From a virus (taxonomy: Duplodnaviria; Caudoviricetes), in IMG/VR virus record IMGVR_UViG_3300037248_000068, positions 1 to 53,545 of that record: a stretch of 53,545 bases of DNA; one strand, given 5' to 3'. The notes beneath the pieces are model-generated. The model was not told where the DNA came from. It did no database searches and saw only the letters and a program-made list of their open reading frames with translations. A program made the position numbers and the translations under genes. Positions 7,909 to 17,143 of the stretch are shown in pieces (the first letter of the stretch is position 1; every line of letters starts with the position of its first letter).

Positions 7909-9516
7909 GTGTTCATCCCGCGCAAACATCAGATTGAATGCGTCCAGGCGCTAACTGCGTACGATGGCCGTTTCAGCGTCGGCGAAATGTGCGTTGCATC
8001 TGGCAAGTCGGGCGTGCTTGGCATGCTGGGATCGCACTACAGTCAGCGCGGACGCGTACTGATCGTTGCGCACAATAAAGAGTTGGTAATGCAGAACGCG
8101 GAAGCCGCAAAACTGCTCGGCTTGAATCCCGGCATTTGTTCGTCCTCGATCAGCACGAACGCATTCGCCCGCGTGACTGTCGGTACGATCGGAACCGTCA
8201 TAAATCGGGTCCGTCTGTTCCGCGACGTGGCTGCGATCTTGGTTGACGAAGTACACAGAGTGCCGCCGGCCAAGTCATCGCAGTACCGCAAACTATTCGA
8301 GGCACTCCCGCACGCGAAGGTGCACGGACTTACAGGCACGCCTTTCCGCGCGGACGGAACCGGCGATCTCGAAAAGACATTCGGTCCCGTCGTTTACAGG
8401 TACGCATTCCTTGAGGCGCTTCGCGACGGCTATGTTAAGCCGTTGGTGCCCGTCGACGCTGGCGAAGATGAAACGATCGATACGGAGGGGCTTAGCACGA
8501 CGGCCGGGGACTTCGATCCTGATGAGCAAGCGTCGCGCGCAATCAAGCTCGCCCCCAGTCATGCCCGTACGATCTTGGAAGTCATGCGCAAATTCAACAG
8601 ACGCCGAGTGCTCGTGTTCTGCTGCAACATCGAACACGTCGACAAGATGGAAGCCGAACTACGCCGTCTAGGTGCAAAAGTTGTCGGCGTGCATTCCAAG
8701 TCCGTAATCGGAAAACGAGACAAGTCGGTCGAAGCATTCCGGCGCGGCGACGCGGACATACTTGTTTCCTGCAACATGTTCTCAACCGGCTTTAACGTTC
8801 CTGACATAGATTACGAAGCGTTTTGCCGCGCAACAAGATCGGCGGTATTCTACGCGCAAGGTCTAGGACGCGGCGCGCGACCAACACCGTACGCGGTCAA
8901 CTGTCTCATATCAGATTTCGGAGATAATATCAGGCGTCACGGCACACTTGACGCCGTAGTGGCGGCCCCCGGGCGCATGCTGACATGCGATGACGAAGCA
9001 TGCGACGCGGAGTGGGAAACGTGGGAGCACGGCAGGATGTGCCCCAAGTGCCGCACGCTCCACAAGAGCGCGCCGAAGTGCAAAGCATGCTTTGAACGCT
9101 TCGACCCGCACTATCACGGCATGCGCTGTCCGCACTGCGGCGCTCAACAGGCAGCCATAAAACAGTGTGCCGCGTGCGAACAGCCGTACGCGGCGTTTCT
9201 GCATCCGATCTGCCCGTTCTGCCAGTTTGACAATAGCTCCGTACAGTCGCCCGGCAAGGAACTGAACACGCGCGGGGGCGAGCACGAAGCCGTCAACGTG
9301 CGAAATATCATTGAAGCCGAACCGTGGCAAGCTGTAGTGTTGCCGCCAGTTAAGATGAATGGTAGCGGGTGGATGCTCACGACAAAGTACACGACGGCTC
9401 TGTGGCCCTATGAAGTGCTTCCGCAGCCGCACTCAGTCTACCTCAAAAGGTCGCCGAACGGTCGTTACGTCGCGGCGGGAATTTACGACGTAAATGGGCA
9501 GGTGCACCAACGCTAA
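7909..9516 (+). CDS. SF2 DExH helicase (RadD/YejH-like) with tandem C-terminal Zn ribbons
   Basis: ASGKS, DEVH, TGTP, STGFNVP, QGLGRGAR; six CxxC-type pairs. Confidence 0.9.
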   Translation: MFIPRKHQIECVQALTAYDGRFSVGEMCVASGKSGVLGMLGSHYSQRGRVLIVAHNKELVMQNAEAAKLLGLNPGICSSSISTNAFARVTVGTIGTVINRVRLFRDVAAILVDEVHRVPPAKSSQYRKLFEALPHAKVHGLTGTPFRADGTGDLEKTFGPVVYRYAFLEALRDGYVKPLVPVDAGEDETIDTEGLSTTAGDFDPDEQASRAIKLAPSHARTILEVMRKFNRRRVLVFCCNIEHVDKMEAELRRLGAKVVGVHSKSVIGKRDKSVEAFRRGDADILVSCNMFSTGFNVPDIDYEAFCRATRSAVFYAQGLGRGARPTPYAVNCLISDFGDNIRRHGTLDAVVAAPGRMLTCDDEACDAEWETWEHGRMCPKCRTLHKSAPKCKACFERFDPHYHGMRCPHCGAQQAAIKQCAACEQPYAAFLHPICPFCQFDNSSVQSPGKELNTRGGEHEAVNVRNIIEAEPWQAVVLPPVKMNGSGWMLTTKYTTALWPYEVLPQPHSVYLKRSPNGRYVAAGIYDVNGQVHQR

Positions 9517-9590
9517 ATCCGTACAAGAGACTTGACGCCGACTCTTAGTTTTGTCATACACGGGCGTCGATTCACACAGGAGCTAAGGAA

Positions 9591-10007
9591 ATGAAACTCT
9601 GTTTTGACAGTATTGAGGAAGTGAAGGATTTCGTCGGGAGCCTCAAAGGCACGCGCGGCAAGAAAGGCGACGCCGACGACGGAGGCGACGCGAAAGCTCC
9701 GCCGCCAATTATGCCTCCAGTTGGTGGCGCCTCCACCGGATTTACGTCGCCGGCATCCGGTTTCATCGCACAAGGCGGCTTTCCGCCGGCTGGCGACCCT
9801 GCCGTTCAGGCACTCGTGACCCGCATCAACACCAAGATCGACGGCGCGCTTGCCAGCGGACAGCCACAGGACGCGGCGTTGCAGTGGTTCCGCGGGCAGT
9901 GCGGCCCGGAGGCCGCCGCAGCTACGATGGACCAAATCAAGACGGTGTTCCTGCCGCGGCTGACGCTGCCGGCGCTGGAGAATATCGCGAAGCTGATGGG
10001 CGCGTAG
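9591..10007 (+). CDS. Hypothetical replication-module protein (138 aa)
   Basis: TTGACG promoter at ~9532 and AGGAG/AAGGA SD; usual position upstream of DUF2800/SSB. Confidence 0.8.
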   Translation: MKLCFDSIEEVKDFVGSLKGTRGKKGDADDGGDAKAPPPIMPPVGGASTGFTSPASGFIAQGGFPPAGDPAVQALVTRINTKIDGALASGQPQDAALQWFRGQCGPEAAAATMDQIKTVFLPRLTLPALENIAKLMGA

Positions 10008-10068
10008 TTTCGAAATTCTCGCCGGAGTCAACACCAACCGTTTAACCAAAGCAGTATCCGACGAGAAG

Positions 10069-10097
10069 GGTCCCGGGGTTCCCAAGGCCCCGGGACC
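10069..10097. other. Intergenic hairpin related to 3186-3220
   Basis: GGTCCCGGGG-9 nt-CCCCGGGACC, preceded by a second pairing TTCTCG...CGAGAA. Confidence 0.55.
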
Positions 10098-10117
10098 ACA
10101 AACCCAGGAACGGCGCA

Positions 10118-11059
10118 ATGAGCAAGCACGAAATCTTCGCCGCGTCATCAGCCGCCACATGGCTTGAATGCTCGTGGTCCGCGTTGCACGACGTACCGGA
10201 GCCCCTCAGGAAGGCAAGCACGATCACCGCCGCGGAAGCCGGAACCGAGGCGCATGTTGACGTAGAGGAAGGCGACATCTCCGAAGTTGAGTCCTTCGTC
10301 GGACAGCTCGAAAACCCTGCGTCTACGGTGCGCGAATTCCGCGTGCTACTCGCCGACAACTGCGGCGGTACAGTCGATTTATTTTCGCACAACGCCCGCA
10401 TTGCGACCGTCATTGACGCCAAATTCGGCAAGTGGGACGTTGCAGCCTTCCACAACAAACAGCTTTTGACCTACGCTGCCGCACTGCTGGCAAGCTGTCC
10501 GGCCGAATGGTGGCGGCTCGTGATCTACCAGCCGAACGGGCTGGACGAAGAGCCTTGGAAACAGTGGATTGCGCACCGCTCCGAAGTGGAAGCGCACCGG
10601 CAGCGCGTCTTACGCGCTATCATGGACCGCAGCGCTCCCAAGCCCGGTCCGCACTGCCGTTGGTGTAAAGCTTTCCAGGCGTGCCCCGCAATGACGACCG
10701 ACGCCGGTTTCGTCATGGGCGCAATGACGCGCCGGGTTGAGGACCTGACGACGGAAGAACTTACGCGGCTGTTGCGGCTGATTCGTGCGCTCGGCGATGT
10801 CAAGGAAGTGTACGAAGATGCGCTTACGGTAAAATTGAAGTTAGGGTACACGGCAGAAGGCGTGTCGCTGAAGCCAGGCCGCGCTTGGCGCCAGTGGAAT
10901 GACGCAATTCAGGCGGCAGAATACGGTCACTTACACTACGGCCCGAAAGGGGTTAAGGCCCTGTCGCCAGCACAATTCGAAAAGCTTGGACCGGCAGGCA
11001 AGCAGTATGCGGCAGTTGCGTCGCACAAACCTGAGGCGTCCTACAAGGCACACTATTAA
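10118..11059 (+). CDS. DUF2800 / Cas4-like PD-(D/E)xK exonuclease
   Basis: H...SSA.TW.EC, GT.AH, GTVD, ID.KFG, QLLTY, PG.HCRWC...AC. Confidence 0.85.
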   Translation: MSKHEIFAASSAATWLECSWSALHDVPEPLRKASTITAAEAGTEAHVDVEEGDISEVESFVGQLENPASTVREFRVLLADNCGGTVDLFSHNARIATVIDAKFGKWDVAAFHNKQLLTYAAALLASCPAEWWRLVIYQPNGLDEEPWKQWIAHRSEVEAHRQRVLRAIMDRSAPKPGPHCRWCKAFQACPAMTTDAGFVMGAMTRRVEDLTTEELTRLLRLIRALGDVKEVYEDALTVKLKLGYTAEGVSLKPGRAWRQWNDAIQAAEYGHLHYGPKGVKALSPAQFEKLGPAGKQYAAVASHKPEASYKAHY

Positions 11060-11060
11060 A

Positions 11061-11189
11061 ATGAGTGACGCCGGGCTCCGTAACTATCGGTGTTGTGCAA
11101 ACTGCAATTTGAGAAAAGGCGACAAGTCACCGGTAGAGTTTACAAACTGGCAACTGAAACTACCTACATTCTGGAAAGAAGGAAACTGA
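11061..11189 (+). pseudogene. HNH endonuclease C-terminal remnant
   Basis: Only 'CCANCNLRKGDKSPVEF' remains; AT-richer than its flanks. Confidence 0.55.
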
Positions 11190-11192
11190 CAA

Positions 11193-12059
11193 ATGGCACA
11201 ACGTCAATACGAGCCTGCTACGGTGTTTAACGCGAGAATCGCCGATCTTCGTCATCTTTGGGTTCCAAGTGACCAATATAAAGGCCAAAAAACTACCAAA
11301 CCAAACTACTTCGCAATGTTTCTCGTGAAAAAGACGCAAGCGACGTGGTACGCCGAGCCAGCGCTGGCCGGAGTCGCGCAAGCGTGCGGAAGAATTTACC
11401 AGAACAACCCGCATATTTTGCAGTGGCCTGTCGTCGACGGTGACATGCCGAGCCCGGAAGGCAAGTCATCCGAGTTCGCCAAGGGGCATTGGCTGTTTTC
11501 CGGTTCCAGCGGCAACCCGCCCAACGTCGAAATCGTGCAAGCCGGCGGGGCGCTCGTGAAGCTGACGAACAAAGTCGGTGTGAAATCCGGCGATTACGTG
11601 ATGTGCGGCGTGACAGCCGCTGTCAAGCAGAACGACCCGCGCGGCGTCAAGCTGTATCTGAACGCCGTCGTGTTCTCCAGCCCGGGCGAAGAAATCGTGT
11701 TTGCCAGCTCCGTCAGCGGCGCCGAACTGATGCAACAGGCGGCACGGCAAGGGCTCCAGGTTGCGGGCTTCGCACCTGGGGGCGGGTTTGCTCCGCAGCA
11801 AGGCGGCTTCCCGCCTCCGAACTACGATACGCGACACCCCGGCATCGGGGGCGGTCCGGCAAGCGGACCCGCGGGGGCGCCGGGTTTTACCCCTGGGGGG
11901 TTCGCCCCGCCTCCGGGACCTGCGCAAGCGGGCTTCGGTGCCGCTACGGCTGCCCCGGGCCAATTCCAGCCTCCGGGACCTGGATTTGCGGGGACGATAT
12001 CCCCTTCTAACCCAGCGCCGGGGCAGTTCACGCCGCCTGCGTGGCCGCAACAGCGCTGA
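11193..12059 (+). CDS. ssb: Single-stranded DNA-binding protein (DUF2815/Enc34-like) with Pro/Gly/Phe low-complexity tail
   Basis: P.VDGD, G.W.FS.SS..PP, SG.Y, GVKLYLNAV; lies between DUF2800 and PolA. Confidence 0.8.
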   Translation: MAQRQYEPATVFNARIADLRHLWVPSDQYKGQKTTKPNYFAMFLVKKTQATWYAEPALAGVAQACGRIYQNNPHILQWPVVDGDMPSPEGKSSEFAKGHWLFSGSSGNPPNVEIVQAGGALVKLTNKVGVKSGDYVMCGVTAAVKQNDPRGVKLYLNAVVFSSPGEEIVFASSVSGAELMQQAARQGLQVAGFAPGGGFAPQQGGFPPPNYDTRHPGIGGGPASGPAGAPGFTPGGFAPPPGPAQAGFGAATAAPGQFQPPGPGFAGTISPSNPAPGQFTPPAWPQQR

Positions 12060-12083
12060 TGACGTGCCGCCGGCAGTGAAAGC

Positions 12084-12812
12084 ATGCTTTTCCTTGGCGA
12101 CTGCTTGGACATCATGCCGACGCTGCTGGCAGCTTCCGTTGATTTGATCCTGTGCGATCTTCCATACGGGACGACGCAAAATAAATGGGATAGCGTAATT
12201 CCGCTAGACCGGCTTTGGCGGGAATACTGGCGCATAGCGAAACCAAACGCGGCAGTCGTACTTACGGCACAGACGCCTTTTGACAAGGTGCTTGGCACGT
12301 CACAACTGTCGAAACTGCGGTATGAATGGATATGGGAAAAGACCGCCGGTACGGGGTTTCTAAACGCCGCCAAGATGCCAATTAAAGTTCACGAGAACGT
12401 CTTGGTGTTCTACGCACAGTTGCCGACGTACAATCCGCAAAAGACGGCGGGCCACGTTATCAAGCGTGTTAACGTGGCGCGATCGAGCGGCAGCAAAAAT
12501 TACAACATAATAAACGTGCGAAAGCCTTATGAAAGCACTGAACGGTTCCCGCGCTCCGTAATAGTGGTTGCTAAAGATAACCGACTTGCCGAAGATACGC
12601 ATCCCACGCAAAAGCCCGTCGCGCTCATGGAGTACCTAATCCGTACATACACCAACGAAGGTGATGCCGTGCTCGATAACTGCATGGGCAGCGGTACGAC
12701 GGGCGTTGCGTGTAACAACACGGGCCGCAAATTTATCGGCATAGAGCGCGATCCGACGTACTTCGAAATCGCACGCAAGCGCATCGAACCGTACCCGTGG
12801 GAAATGCCGTGA
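12084..12812 (+). CDS. DNA methyltransferase, beta-class N4/N6
   Basis: GDCL, DLPYG, HPTQKP, LDNCMGSGTTG. Confidence 0.92.
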   Translation: MLFLGDCLDIMPTLLAASVDLILCDLPYGTTQNKWDSVIPLDRLWREYWRIAKPNAAVVLTAQTPFDKVLGTSQLSKLRYEWIWEKTAGTGFLNAAKMPIKVHENVLVFYAQLPTYNPQKTAGHVIKRVNVARSSGSKNYNIINVRKPYESTERFPRSVIVVAKDNRLAEDTHPTQKPVALMEYLIRTYTNEGDAVLDNCMGSGTTGVACNNTGRKFIGIERDPTYFEIARKRIEPYPWEMP

Positions 12813-14743
12813 TTCCCGATAGCCTCCTAGTCGATGTCGAGACGCGCTCCCGCGTCGACCTGCGCAGCGCGGGCGCGCGGCGTTATTCTGCCGACCCGTC
12901 AACGCAAATCACGACGGCCACATGGCACTACCGCGGTCAGCTAAAGACGGCGTGCACCGTACATCCGCACTTAGGCACGCATCCCATAACCGCGCTATAC
13001 GATGACATTCGGGCTTGCAGTCGGTTCGTGGCACACCACGCGAATTTCGACGTAAACGTGCTTCGTCGACAAAATCCTTTCGCGGAAATTCCGCTCTCAA
13101 AAATCGATTGCACGATGGCGCGGGCTCAGTGCCTCGCGCTCCCCGGCGGCCTTGACGAAGTGTGCACCACGCTCGGCATTAAAGGCAAAGACCCGCGCGG
13201 TCGCGCGCTCGTAATGGCGACGTGCCGCCCGCAACGCGACGGCACTTTTAACGAGAACGTACAGACGTTCCGCGAGCTGCTAGAATACAACGTACAAGAT
13301 ACGCGGTGTTTGATTGAAGTCGACGCGCGCTTGCCACCGCTGTCCGCCGACGAACGACTGATCTTTGAGCGCACGTGGCGCAAGAACGAAATCGGGTTGC
13401 CGATCGATATTGAATTAGCCACCGCAATTGCGCTCCGTCGTCAAGAAATAGAGCAAGAGAGTACCGCAGCACTGATGGAGTTGACAAACAACGCCGTCAC
13501 CAAGCTATCGCAGCGCCAGCGCATAATCGAATGGTGCAACAGCGGCAACCGCGCTGCCGGCCTGGAGAGCACGCAAAAGCACATCGTTGCGGAAAAGCTT
13601 GCCGATGAGAATTTGCATCCCGACGTACGGATTGTTTTGGAGTTGTTGCAAGCCGAAGGCGGTTCCGCCCCGCTGAAAGCGCAAGCCTTGCTCGATAGGC
13701 ACGTCGGCGGATGGTACAAGGATGCGACGCGATACTTCGGAGCGCGGTCGGGCCGCGGCACGTCCGAAGGTGCCAACATGTTCAATATAGCAAGACCGTC
13801 CGGCAAGTACGATGGGCAGGACGGCCGCCCGACGATCGACAGCGTAATTCATGGGCTTAAACAAGGATTCCGGTACGGCAACACGGCGTTGACTGACTGC
13901 TTGCGAAGCACGATCGTAGCACCGCAAGGGTGGATGGTTTGCGACAACGACTTGTCAGGCGCGGAGTACCGTCTCGCCATGTGGATGGCCGGCGATACCG
14001 AACGGTTAAAAGTGTTGGCAACCGGCGACAATCCGTACATATACAACGCTATCAAAATGGGCGGGTGGCCCGAAGGATGGACCAAAAATAATCACTTGAA
14101 AGAATACACCATATACAAAAATGTCACGCTCGGCGGTAACTACCAGCTAGGCTGGAAAACTTTTCTAGCTCACATGCGCAAAGGCGGCATGGGTATAGAC
14201 GAAGTTAAAGCCCGATCCAGCATCGACGGGTATCGGCAGGCAAATCCGTTGCTCGTGCAGCTATGGTACGATCTTGCGGACGCATTCAAATTCGCGATCT
14301 ATGAAGCGCCTGGCCGCATCTTTCCTGCCGGTAAGATCGCATTCCAGAAAGACGCGCACGGAACTGTATGGATGCTGCTTCCATCTGGCCGTGCCGTACC
14401 GCACTACTCGGCGCATATCACGTACAACGGCGAAATGGCGTTCTTCCGGGGCAAGTACGGCGCCATGCTGCGGCAAAAGGCGTTTGGTGGATCGCTTCTG
14501 GAGATCGCTTGCCAGTCGATGACGCGAGACTTAGTAACGGCCGCAGAAGCCGACATTGAACGCGAGCTGCCCGACGCGGTGCTTTTGCTGGACGTGTATG
14601 ATAGCATACTAGCGCTGGCGCGGGGGGACGTAGCGAAAGAGCGCTCGGCGCAGATGCGCGAAATCATGAAGCGCCCGCGACCATGGACGGCGGGGCTGCC
14701 GCTGGGGTGTGAAGGCTATGAATCAGAAAGGATGAGGAAATAA
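12809..14743 (+). CDS. polA: Family A DNA polymerase with 3'-5' exonuclease
   Basis: Exo DVETRS / H.ANFD / YNVQD; motif A DLSGAEYR; motif B KNVTLGGNY (Leu762 type); motif C VYDS. Confidence 0.9.
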   Translation: MIPDSLLVDVETRSRVDLRSAGARRYSADPSTQITTATWHYRGQLKTACTVHPHLGTHPITALYDDIRACSRFVAHHANFDVNVLRRQNPFAEIPLSKIDCTMARAQCLALPGGLDEVCTTLGIKGKDPRGRALVMATCRPQRDGTFNENVQTFRELLEYNVQDTRCLIEVDARLPPLSADERLIFERTWRKNEIGLPIDIELATAIALRRQEIEQESTAALMELTNNAVTKLSQRQRIIEWCNSGNRAAGLESTQKHIVAEKLADENLHPDVRIVLELLQAEGGSAPLKAQALLDRHVGGWYKDATRYFGARSGRGTSEGANMFNIARPSGKYDGQDGRPTIDSVIHGLKQGFRYGNTALTDCLRSTIVAPQGWMVCDNDLSGAEYRLAMWMAGDTERLKVLATGDNPYIYNAIKMGGWPEGWTKNNHLKEYTIYKNVTLGGNYQLGWKTFLAHMRKGGMGIDEVKARSSIDGYRQANPLLVQLWYDLADAFKFAIYEAPGRIFPAGKIAFQKDAHGTVWMLLPSGRAVPHYSAHITYNGEMAFFRGKYGAMLRQKAFGGSLLEIACQSMTRDLVTAAEADIERELPDAVLLLDVYDSILALARGDVAKERSAQMREIMKRPRPWTAGLPLGCEGYESERMRK

Positions 14744-14745
14744 AA

Positions 14746-14949
14746 ATGTCAGTTAAATTTTCAGAAGCGAAGGGCCGAGATGAGTTAGGCGCACGCTTGA
14801 TAGCTTTGGCCGAACGCATGCTACGCAGCTTTGATCAAGGTGCCGACGGACGAATCAGCGTCGACGAAGAAACAATACATGACATCAAAGCAGCGGCGGC
14901 CTGCGTACTTCTCGCCGATATTGTCAGTCCAGAAAGGATGCGCAAATGA
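14746..14949 (+). CDS. Hypothetical protein (67 aa)
   Basis: GAGG SD; ends ERMRK, like the polymerase. Confidence 0.65.
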   Translation: MSVKFSEAKGRDELGARLIALAERMLRSFDQGADGRISVDEETIHDIKAAAACVLLADIVSPERMRK

Positions 14950-15254
14950 GTATGGTAGTTGCGATTCACTCAGGTCGGGAAGCCGGTATCGTCGGCCAGA
15001 TTGAGGGCGATCTTCTCGCAATTCAAGCCACGGCGAAATCATGGAAATGTGTAGCCCTCCGTACGTTCATGGCGTTCCCCCGTACGTGCCGTTTCGTTCG
15101 TGTAAGCCGGTTACGCGTCGCTACCGATCACGAACGCATGCTATTCGAGGATATCCTCGAAATGCAAGGCGGCCTTTTTGGCGACGAACGTACGCATAAG
15201 CTGCGATTGACGCCACGTGCAGAGCGCCGCGTTAAGAACGGTGGGCGGCCTTGA
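14946..15254 (+). CDS. Hypothetical protein (102 aa)
   Basis: ATGA coupling. Confidence 0.55.
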   Translation: MSMVVAIHSGREAGIVGQIEGDLLAIQATAKSWKCVALRTFMAFPRTCRFVRVSRLRVATDHERMLFEDILEMQGGLFGDERTHKLRLTPRAERRVKNGGRP

Positions 15255-15763
15255 ACGAACAAGGTCTAGGCCGCTTCCTGATCCGCGACATCGGGCCGGA
15301 CGAAGGTGCAAAGGTGTTCGCGCTGACCGGCGACCGTACGGTGATGCGCTACATGGGGTTCCGCGCGCACGACTGCGTGAAAGACGCGACTGACCTGATA
15401 GCGACGTACCGCAATTCGCCGTCGAAGTGGCAGGCCGTGTGCGAGGACGGGGATCCCGCGGACATTCTCGGAATCGTCGGTTTCGAAGTCCAGGGGCACC
15501 AAGCGGCCGTAACGATCATGTTCCGCCGCGATTGGAAAGCGCGCGGCGCCGGCCGTGAATTCTCCGTGCCGTTCGTTCGATGGATTTTCACGCATCCGCA
15601 AATCTGGCGCGTGTGGGCGTACTGCCATCCCAGCAACACAGCCGTACAACGCGTCCTAGAGCGCATGGGCGCCGAGCGCGAGGGGCGGTTGCGGCGGTTC
15701 GCAATCTATCCGAACATCAGCTCGGAACCGCAAGACGCGTACGTATACGGCATCGTAAAATGA
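15251..15763 (+). CDS. GNAT N-acetyltransferase (RimJ/RimL-like)
   Basis: V.RYMG, ARGAGRE acetyl-CoA loop, RVWAYCHPSN.A..RVLER.G..REG.LR. Confidence 0.9.
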   Translation: MNEQGLGRFLIRDIGPDEGAKVFALTGDRTVMRYMGFRAHDCVKDATDLIATYRNSPSKWQAVCEDGDPADILGIVGFEVQGHQAAVTIMFRRDWKARGAGREFSVPFVRWIFTHPQIWRVWAYCHPSNTAVQRVLERMGAEREGRLRRFAIYPNISSEPQDAYVYGIVK

Positions 15764-16269
15764 GATGGCATCTTTCCCACCGCGCGGACCCGCTAGTGGC
15801 GCCGCTTGCTGACAGGCACTATAGCCGGCAGAAAATCGGTTCTCCGCAGTTCGTTCCGCCGGGACGTTGCGTCGTGCTGCATTCGGACTGCCGACGTGCG
15901 TTTTGGGTTACTTCATGGCCTTTTGCCGAGTACGTAAAACATGCATGGGGTGGGGCCTGGATATGCAGTGCCTTTCGATCTGAGAACGCCGGCAACGCGA
16001 CTGAATTAATTACGGACGCCGTTGCTGCAACGCGTGCGGCGTACGGCGAATCGCCGCAGCAAGGCATGGTTACATTCATCGACAGTCGAAAAGTAGAACC
16101 TATTATGACGCATGGCGTTCCATCATTCGGCCGTACGTGGGTAAAAGCGGGTTTTAAGTACGCCGGAAAGACGGCCGCGGGGCTTCTGGTATTTCAACTG
16201 CAGCCGGCGGATATGCCGCTGCCATCTTCGGCGCTCCCGCGTAATCCGTTTCCGTGGCCCGTACGCTAG
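15760..16269 (+). CDS. Conserved phage protein, possible Mom/GNAT-like DNA-modifying enzyme
   Basis: LADRHYSR...QFVPPGR, CSAFRSE, G.VTFID..KV, W.KAGF..G.T; function inferred. Confidence 0.55.
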   Translation: MRWHLSHRADPLVAPLADRHYSRQKIGSPQFVPPGRCVVLHSDCRRAFWVTSWPFAEYVKHAWGGAWICSAFRSENAGNATELITDAVAATRAAYGESPQQGMVTFIDSRKVEPIMTHGVPSFGRTWVKAGFKYAGKTAAGLLVFQLQPADMPLPSSALPRNPFPWPVR

Positions 16270-16895
16270 AACGAACTTGCGAACGACCCCAGTCCGTTGA
16301 ACATTGATCCAATACCGGTGCCCTTGGCCTGAGAGTTCTTGGCCTGTGCCTGTGCGAGGGCGGATTGCTGATTCATCTGTGCAACGTCAACGCCGGCTTG
16401 CTGACCGGTGGCCGTCGCGCCCACACCGATCGCGCTAAACATATTTCCGAGGGCACTCTCGAGCTGGCCGAACTGTTGACTGTTGCCGGCCAGGTAGTTC
16501 GTGTATGCCTGATTCGCGTACGTATTGGCGATGCCGGTGTCCGTCGTGGCGAGTGCGCGTTCGTTGGCCCCCGAAAGCAGTTGACCTTGCGACGCTGCAC
16601 TGCTGTTCTGTATGGTGTTCGCGACGTTTGTACTGTACGTCTGCCCCGGCGAGCCTTGGTAGTTCTGCATAAACGTGTTATAATTCAGGTTCGGGTCCGC
16701 GCCGGCCGTCTGGCTGATGTTGCCGATTGCGCCTGACGCCGGATTGAGGAACGACTGCCCGAACGTGTTGTACGCGCCCGTCTGCCCCGTGTTGAAGTTC
16801 GTGGCCGTGTTGTTCACTTGGTCGAGGCCGGAATTCAGATTGCCGGCGGCCATCGACGAACCGATTACCGCTCCCAAGCCCGACCCGAACGACAT
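16266..16895 (-). CDS. Internal virion / DNA-ejection protein (P22 gp7-like)
   Basis: G/A/S/Q/N-rich; 'SPG..Y...Q.S.A..G.LLSGA..RAL' pattern. Confidence 0.7.
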   Translation of the reverse strand: MSFGSGLGAVIGSSMAAGNLNSGLDQVNNTATNFNTGQTGAYNTFGQSFLNPASGAIGNISQTAGADPNLNYNTFMQNYQGSPGQTYSTNVANTIQNSSAASQGQLLSGANERALATTDTGIANTYANQAYTNYLAGNSQQFGQLESALGNMFSAIGVGATATGQQAGVDVAQMNQQSALAQAQAKNSQAKGTGIGSMFNGLGSFASSF

Positions 16896-16945
16896 GAAAT
16901 CACCTCTTGACGGTGTATGACAAATCAGCGCATAGCGTACTTCCG

Positions 16946-17137
16946 ATGTCGACCAAAAGCAAACTCATGATATCCGTCCGGCTGCCAACGAGCCTTGTCG
17001 AGCGGCTGGACTTCGCGGCCCGGAATGTCGGCAGCGCCAGCCGTTCCGCAGCTATTCAGGACGCTTTAGAGGCGTGGCTGTCGTCAAGAGAGCAAGGTTT
17101 CCGCGAGTTGGGACTTGCGCCTCCCAAGAGGAAGTGA
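16946..17137 (+). CDS. Ribbon-helix-helix (CopG/Arc-like) regulator
   Basis: ISVRLP..LVERLD..A...SRSAAIQDAL; TTGACG promoter at 16907. Confidence 0.85.
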   Translation: MSTKSKLMISVRLPTSLVERLDFAARNVGSASRSAAIQDALEAWLSSREQGFRELGLAPPKRK

Positions 17138-17143
17138 TTCGCT

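Noticed and set aside
10008-10117. tRNA or tmRNA gene in structured intergenic DNA
   Set aside because: No cloverleaf or T-loop/CCA signature; the ssrA-like tags elsewhere are in frame with protein genes
10118-11059. CRISPR-Cas system (Cas4-like gene)
   Set aside because: No cas1/cas2 or repeat-spacer array; DUF2800 is a routine part of phage SSB-PolA modules
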